64,000 nt of DNA, taken from assembly GCA_030725745.1 (NCBI GenBank), contig JANRFH010000016.1:8711-72710 (forward strand), given 5' to 3'. Below, piece by piece: positions 61,052 to 64,000 of the stretch. The notes below the pieces were generated by a model. That model did no database searches. It was not told the DNA's origin and was given only the letters and a program-made list of their open reading frames with translations. The DNA comes from Akkermansiaceae bacterium. GTDB taxonomy: Bacteria; Verrucomicrobiota; Verrucomicrobiia; Verrucomicrobiales; Akkermansiaceae. Position numbers and translations under genes: made by a program. The first letter of the stretch is position 1. Each line of letters starts with the position of its first letter.

Positions 61052-61651
61052 TCAACTGATGTTCTTGGTCAGGAGTCTGGAAGCGAGGATGTGGTCTTTC
61101 TTCTGGATCGACTCGGAGATGGCTACGTGCTCACGATGGCTTTCCATCCAGTTCTCGTGGCGACTGTAATGAAGCATCATCCGGGAAACGACGGGCAGCC
61201 ATAGGGTGAGGAGTTCCGGCACGCCGCTCGAGGTGATGATAAAGCGGTGGAATGCCATGTCGCACTGTGCCACAGAACTCGATTGTCCTGTTGAGCAGGC
61301 ATCCCGCAGTTCATCAAGGATGACTTGAAGGAGGGCGAAGTCCACCTCGTCAATTCTATCGAAAAGCCGTTCAAGGGCTACTTGCTCGATCTCGCGGCGG
61401 AGCCGGATGATGAGCGGTTGCAGGGATCCATCCGGCAGGGGTGCGACCTTGACTCCGCAGTTTGGTTTAGCAACGAGCAGTCCCTCGTTGGTCAACTGGA
61501 GCAGGGCATCACGAACCGGAGCGCGGCTCACTCCATAGCGTTTGGCCAGAGCGACTTCGCGCAGGCTTTCCCCGGCAGTCAGGTGTTGGGAAAGCACCTC
61601 TGAGCGGAGCCGTTCGGTGATTTGCTCGCGGATGGTGTGGTAAATAGGCAT
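61052..61651 (-). CDS. GntR-family regulator (FadR/FCD subfamily), paralogue 2
   Basis: It is 199 aa, the same length as paralogue 1. By manual count it is about 80% identical (39 differences), with only 4 of those in the first 74 residues (wHTH). The start is trimmed to MPIYHTIREQ (61649-61651). Confidence 0.85.
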   Translation of the reverse strand: MPIYHTIREQITERLRSEVLSQHLTAGESLREVALAKRYGVSRAPVRDALLQLTNEGLLVAKPNCGVKVAPLPDGSLQPLIIRLRREIEQVALERLFDRIDEVDFALLQVILDELRDACSTGQSSSVAQCDMAFHRFIITSSGVPELLTLWLPVVSRMMLHYSRHENWMESHREHVAISESIQKKDHILASRLLTKNIS

Positions 61652-61672
61652 GGCAGTGAAAGCGGTTGAACC

Positions 61673-61682
61673 TTGTATACAA
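61673..61682. promoter_or_regulatory. Candidate GntR operator TTGTATACAA (perfect 10-bp palindrome)
   Basis: It lies 22 bp upstream of the GntR paralogue 2 start codon. Confidence 0.5.
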
Positions 61683-61914
61683 ACAGGGTGGGAATCAATT
61701 GGAATGTGGGAAATTTTACCCATCTCCCGCCTCAAACCTAGAATCCGCAGTTGGGGTTCTATTTTCACTACATATATGTCGGTCATGATCGAGCTGCGGG
61801 CTACCGAGTAGACCATTTTCAATCCGCAGTTTTTACCCTCGTATAACTAGGTAAGTCTCTATGATTTTTAGGGATTACCTTTTCTTATTGCCAATCATCT
61901 AATTAGTTGTCGAA

Positions 61915-61922
61915 TGTATACA
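61915..61922. promoter_or_regulatory. Candidate GntR operator TGTATACA
   Basis: It sits in the context GTTGTCGAATGTATACAAAA, about 155 bp upstream of the secreted beta-propeller gene. A half-site-like TTGTCGA lies immediately 5' of it. Confidence 0.4.
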
Positions 61923-62077
61923 AAAACCAGCAAGCTGACTGTTTTGGGCTTTTCGCAGCGATCAACTGGCCGGGCACTATCGTTGAAAAATCGATCAGCC
62001 GGGCAGTTCCGACGTGACCGCCTATCCTCTATTTACGCGAATAGCGGCCTCCAGACTTTTTGCCTGATACACCTCCA

Positions 62078-63340
62078 ATGAACCCGAAACCCTTCTCTCA
62101 TTATACCCAATGGATCCTCGAATGGAAGCTCGCTGGAGCTTCCCTTCTCTGTGCTTCCATATTCTCCGCAGCGATGGCCAAGGCGGAATCCCAAGCCTCC
62201 GTATCCATCAAGCAGATAGGCGAGGCACCTACCTCAGGCGGTCTCGTCACGGCTGTTGTATACGAGAAAAACGGCAGGCATTTCCTCTACACCGGAGGGG
62301 AAAAAAGCGAACTGGAATCCTTCACGGTAGGCGACGATGGCACGCTGAACCCACTAAAGTCTTACGCCCTCTGGAATAACAAGGGCCCGGCGCGAGGATT
62401 GGTGACCGTGACACTTGATGGCACGGACTACCTTTACGCTGGTAACAAGTTCGGCAATGCCATTGAGGTCTACCGCATCGATGAGGATGGTATGCTCGAC
62501 CGAATCCATCTCATCGAAGATACGGATCAAACCCATCTCGGGGTTGTTATCACCCTACAGGTTGTCGAAATGAAATCGGCGACCTACCTGCTGGCCGGAG
62601 GACTGGAGAAGACCCCGGGGCTGAGCTGCTTCAGGGTGAACAAGGACGGTTCGCTGACCCATGTTCAGTCGATGAAGGACACGGAGGAGATCTATACCGA
62701 CGGAATCATCGGAATGGTTCTCCACCGGATCGCCGGAAAAACCTATGTCGTAACCGGCGGGTTTCAGGACAGCGGAGTGAGCAGCTTCTGTATCGATGAG
62801 GACGGCAGATTTGAGAATGTCAGCAATGTGGGCGACGACCTGGAGTTGTTCTTGAATGGAACCTATCCGGTCGATGGTGTCACTCTGGGCGATCAGGCCT
62901 ACGTCCTGGTCGGACACCGTCACCACAACTACTACAAGCGCGGAGGGTTCATCAAGAACCCGGACTTCGTCTATCATGGAGACGGGGTGACGGTTCTGAA
63001 AATGGATCAGACCGGAAGCCTGACCGTGCATCACGTTTTGAAAAACACGCCGGAACTGCGGCTCCGTGGGCAGACACGGCTCGCTGTGCGAAAACTTAGC
63101 GAAGAGCAGGCGCTGGTGGTGGTCGGCACTCGTGAAGATCAGAGCCTGCAGGCCTGTCTCCTCGGTCAGGATGGGCGACTGGTTCCTTTGGGGCATTCTC
63201 CCACCGGCTTCGAGATCTACAATGGCATGACCTCGGCGGAAATCGCGGGCCGCTTCTATGTCTTCGCCGGCCCCGTCCCCGGCCTTGGGAGCGGCGTTCG
63301 TTCCTTCCGCATCGACCTTCCGCACGCTCCGTCTCCCTAA
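62078..63340 (+). CDS. Secreted 7-bladed beta-propeller protein of unknown function (lactonase-like repeat pattern)
   Basis: Seven ~50-60-aa repeats are each built on ...hYLhhGG...h.hFxIdxDGxLxxh... (for example FLYTGGEKSELESFTVGDDGTLNPL, YLLAGGLEKTPGLSCFRVNKDGSLTHV, YVVTGGFQDSGVSSFCIDEDGRFENV). The N-terminus is hydrophobic. The ATG at 62078 is preferred over the TTG at 62060. Confidence 0.7.
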   Translation: MNPKPFSHYTQWILEWKLAGASLLCASIFSAAMAKAESQASVSIKQIGEAPTSGGLVTAVVYEKNGRHFLYTGGEKSELESFTVGDDGTLNPLKSYALWNNKGPARGLVTVTLDGTDYLYAGNKFGNAIEVYRIDEDGMLDRIHLIEDTDQTHLGVVITLQVVEMKSATYLLAGGLEKTPGLSCFRVNKDGSLTHVQSMKDTEEIYTDGIIGMVLHRIAGKTYVVTGGFQDSGVSSFCIDEDGRFENVSNVGDDLELFLNGTYPVDGVTLGDQAYVLVGHRHHNYYKRGGFIKNPDFVYHGDGVTVLKMDQTGSLTVHHVLKNTPELRLRGQTRLAVRKLSEEQALVVVGTREDQSLQACLLGQDGRLVPLGHSPTGFEIYNGMTSAEIAGRFYVFAGPVPGLGSGVRSFRIDLPHAPSP

Positions 63341-63434
63341 TCGCCAAGTAAACACCAATATGTGCATCGCCTTGGCCGGAGCCGAATCCCTCTCGAAATA
63401 GAACCCACAAACCAACACCTAAACTACGATCAAC

Positions 63435-63833
63435 ATGAAGCACCACTTACAGATCCTCTTCACCCTTCTGACCATCGCCCTCCTTCTTCCTCTATCAAGC
63501 GCTCACGCTGAGGAGTCCGAAGCGTCCCAGGGCAAGCTCAGGCACGTTGTCTGCCTGAAGTTCAGCGAGGACATCACCGAAGCCCAGATACAGGAGATCG
63601 TCGATATAATCGCCGAACTTCCCAACAATATCCCTGAAGTGAAGATGGTTGAAGGTGGCAAAAACGTAAGTATCGAAGACAAAGACAAGGGATTCACCCA
63701 TTGTTTCACGATGACCTTCGACAGCATGGAGGATCTCAAGGTCTACCTTCCTCACGAAGATCACCTCGCCCTGGTCGAGAAGGTCAAGCCGCTGCTCTCC
63801 GACGTCTTCGTCGTCGACTACTGGGTGAAATAG
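63435..63833 (+). CDS. Dabb (stress-responsive alpha/beta-barrel) domain protein with a signal peptide
   Basis: The signal peptide is MKHHLQILFTLLTIALLLPLSSAHA. The Dabb pattern follows: LRHVVCLKF...GFTHCFTMTFDSMEDLKVYLPHEDHLA. Confidence 0.75.
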   Translation: MKHHLQILFTLLTIALLLPLSSAHAEESEASQGKLRHVVCLKFSEDITEAQIQEIVDIIAELPNNIPEVKMVEGGKNVSIEDKDKGFTHCFTMTFDSMEDLKVYLPHEDHLALVEKVKPLLSDVFVVDYWVK

Positions 63834-64000
63834 TTCGATTCCTGAATTCGCTCGGGCCCTTCGTAAACTAGCACTTCATCTGTCGCATGGCGCACTTCGC
63901 TCAAGGCTGTGTGGAATCCCTATTCGTCTCTTTTGAGATGCCGACGTTTACTGACTCATCTATTCGCATCGCCTATTGAACCTGTGATCAGCCTACAAAC

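Noticed and set aside
62246-62255. TTGTATACGA inside the propeller coding region, considered as a sixth operator.
   Set aside because: The palindrome is imperfect (ACG instead of ACA) and it lies within a CDS, so it is likely a chance occurrence.

Overview
This 64-kb window comes from a moderately GC-rich bacterium that looks like a marine member of the PVC superphylum, probably Verrucomicrobiota. Supporting markers are a PSCyt/DUF1553 + DUF1501 gene pair, a split beta-propeller 'dehydrogenase' / cytochrome c-PA14 pair, a prepilin-like protein and the absence of SusC/SusD; this taxonomic call is an inference.

Positions 1-6.9 kb look like housekeeping DNA: a HerA-like ATPase, DUF2237, an Fcy1-like cytosine deaminase, a tandem LOG protein, NAD kinase and a conserved hypothetical protein. 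This block ends at an initiator tRNA-Met (6863-6939), which is followed by a decayed tyrosine integrase and a gene remnant.

The remaining ~55 kb is a dense red-algal galactan (agar/porphyran) utilisation locus with these components:
- Glycan-degrading enzymes: three GH2 beta-galactosidase paralogues, two GH16 (agarase- and porphyranase-like), one GH117 alpha-neoagarobiose hydrolase, one GH29 and two Cys-type sulfatases.
- A complete-looking 3,6-anhydro-L-galactose pathway: aldehyde dehydrogenase, enolase-type cycloisomerase, Zn-ADH and a KduD-like SDR.
- A complete-looking L-galactose pathway: AKR L-galactose dehydrogenase, amidohydrolase lactonase, Zn-ADH, UxaB and UxaA.
- A ferredoxin - P450 - ADH - esterase module resembling the 6-O-methyl-galactose demethylation system.
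- Three transporters (SSS, MFS, RhaT-like), two AraC regulators and two paralogous GntR regulators.

The items most worth a second look are:
- A MotA/ExbB-like stator with a zinc ribbon, plus two coiled-coil ExbD-like proteins, embedded in the locus without TonB, MotB or any TonB-dependent receptor.
- A TGT-NN-ACA palindrome family found in five promoter regions and linked to the GntR pair.
- The P450 module, which has no reductase in the window.
- The PVC-specific redox/unknown pairs co-located with the glycan genes.

No CRISPR array, rRNA, transposase or intact prophage was seen. All family assignments rest on motif recognition by eye and need HMM or BLAST confirmation.
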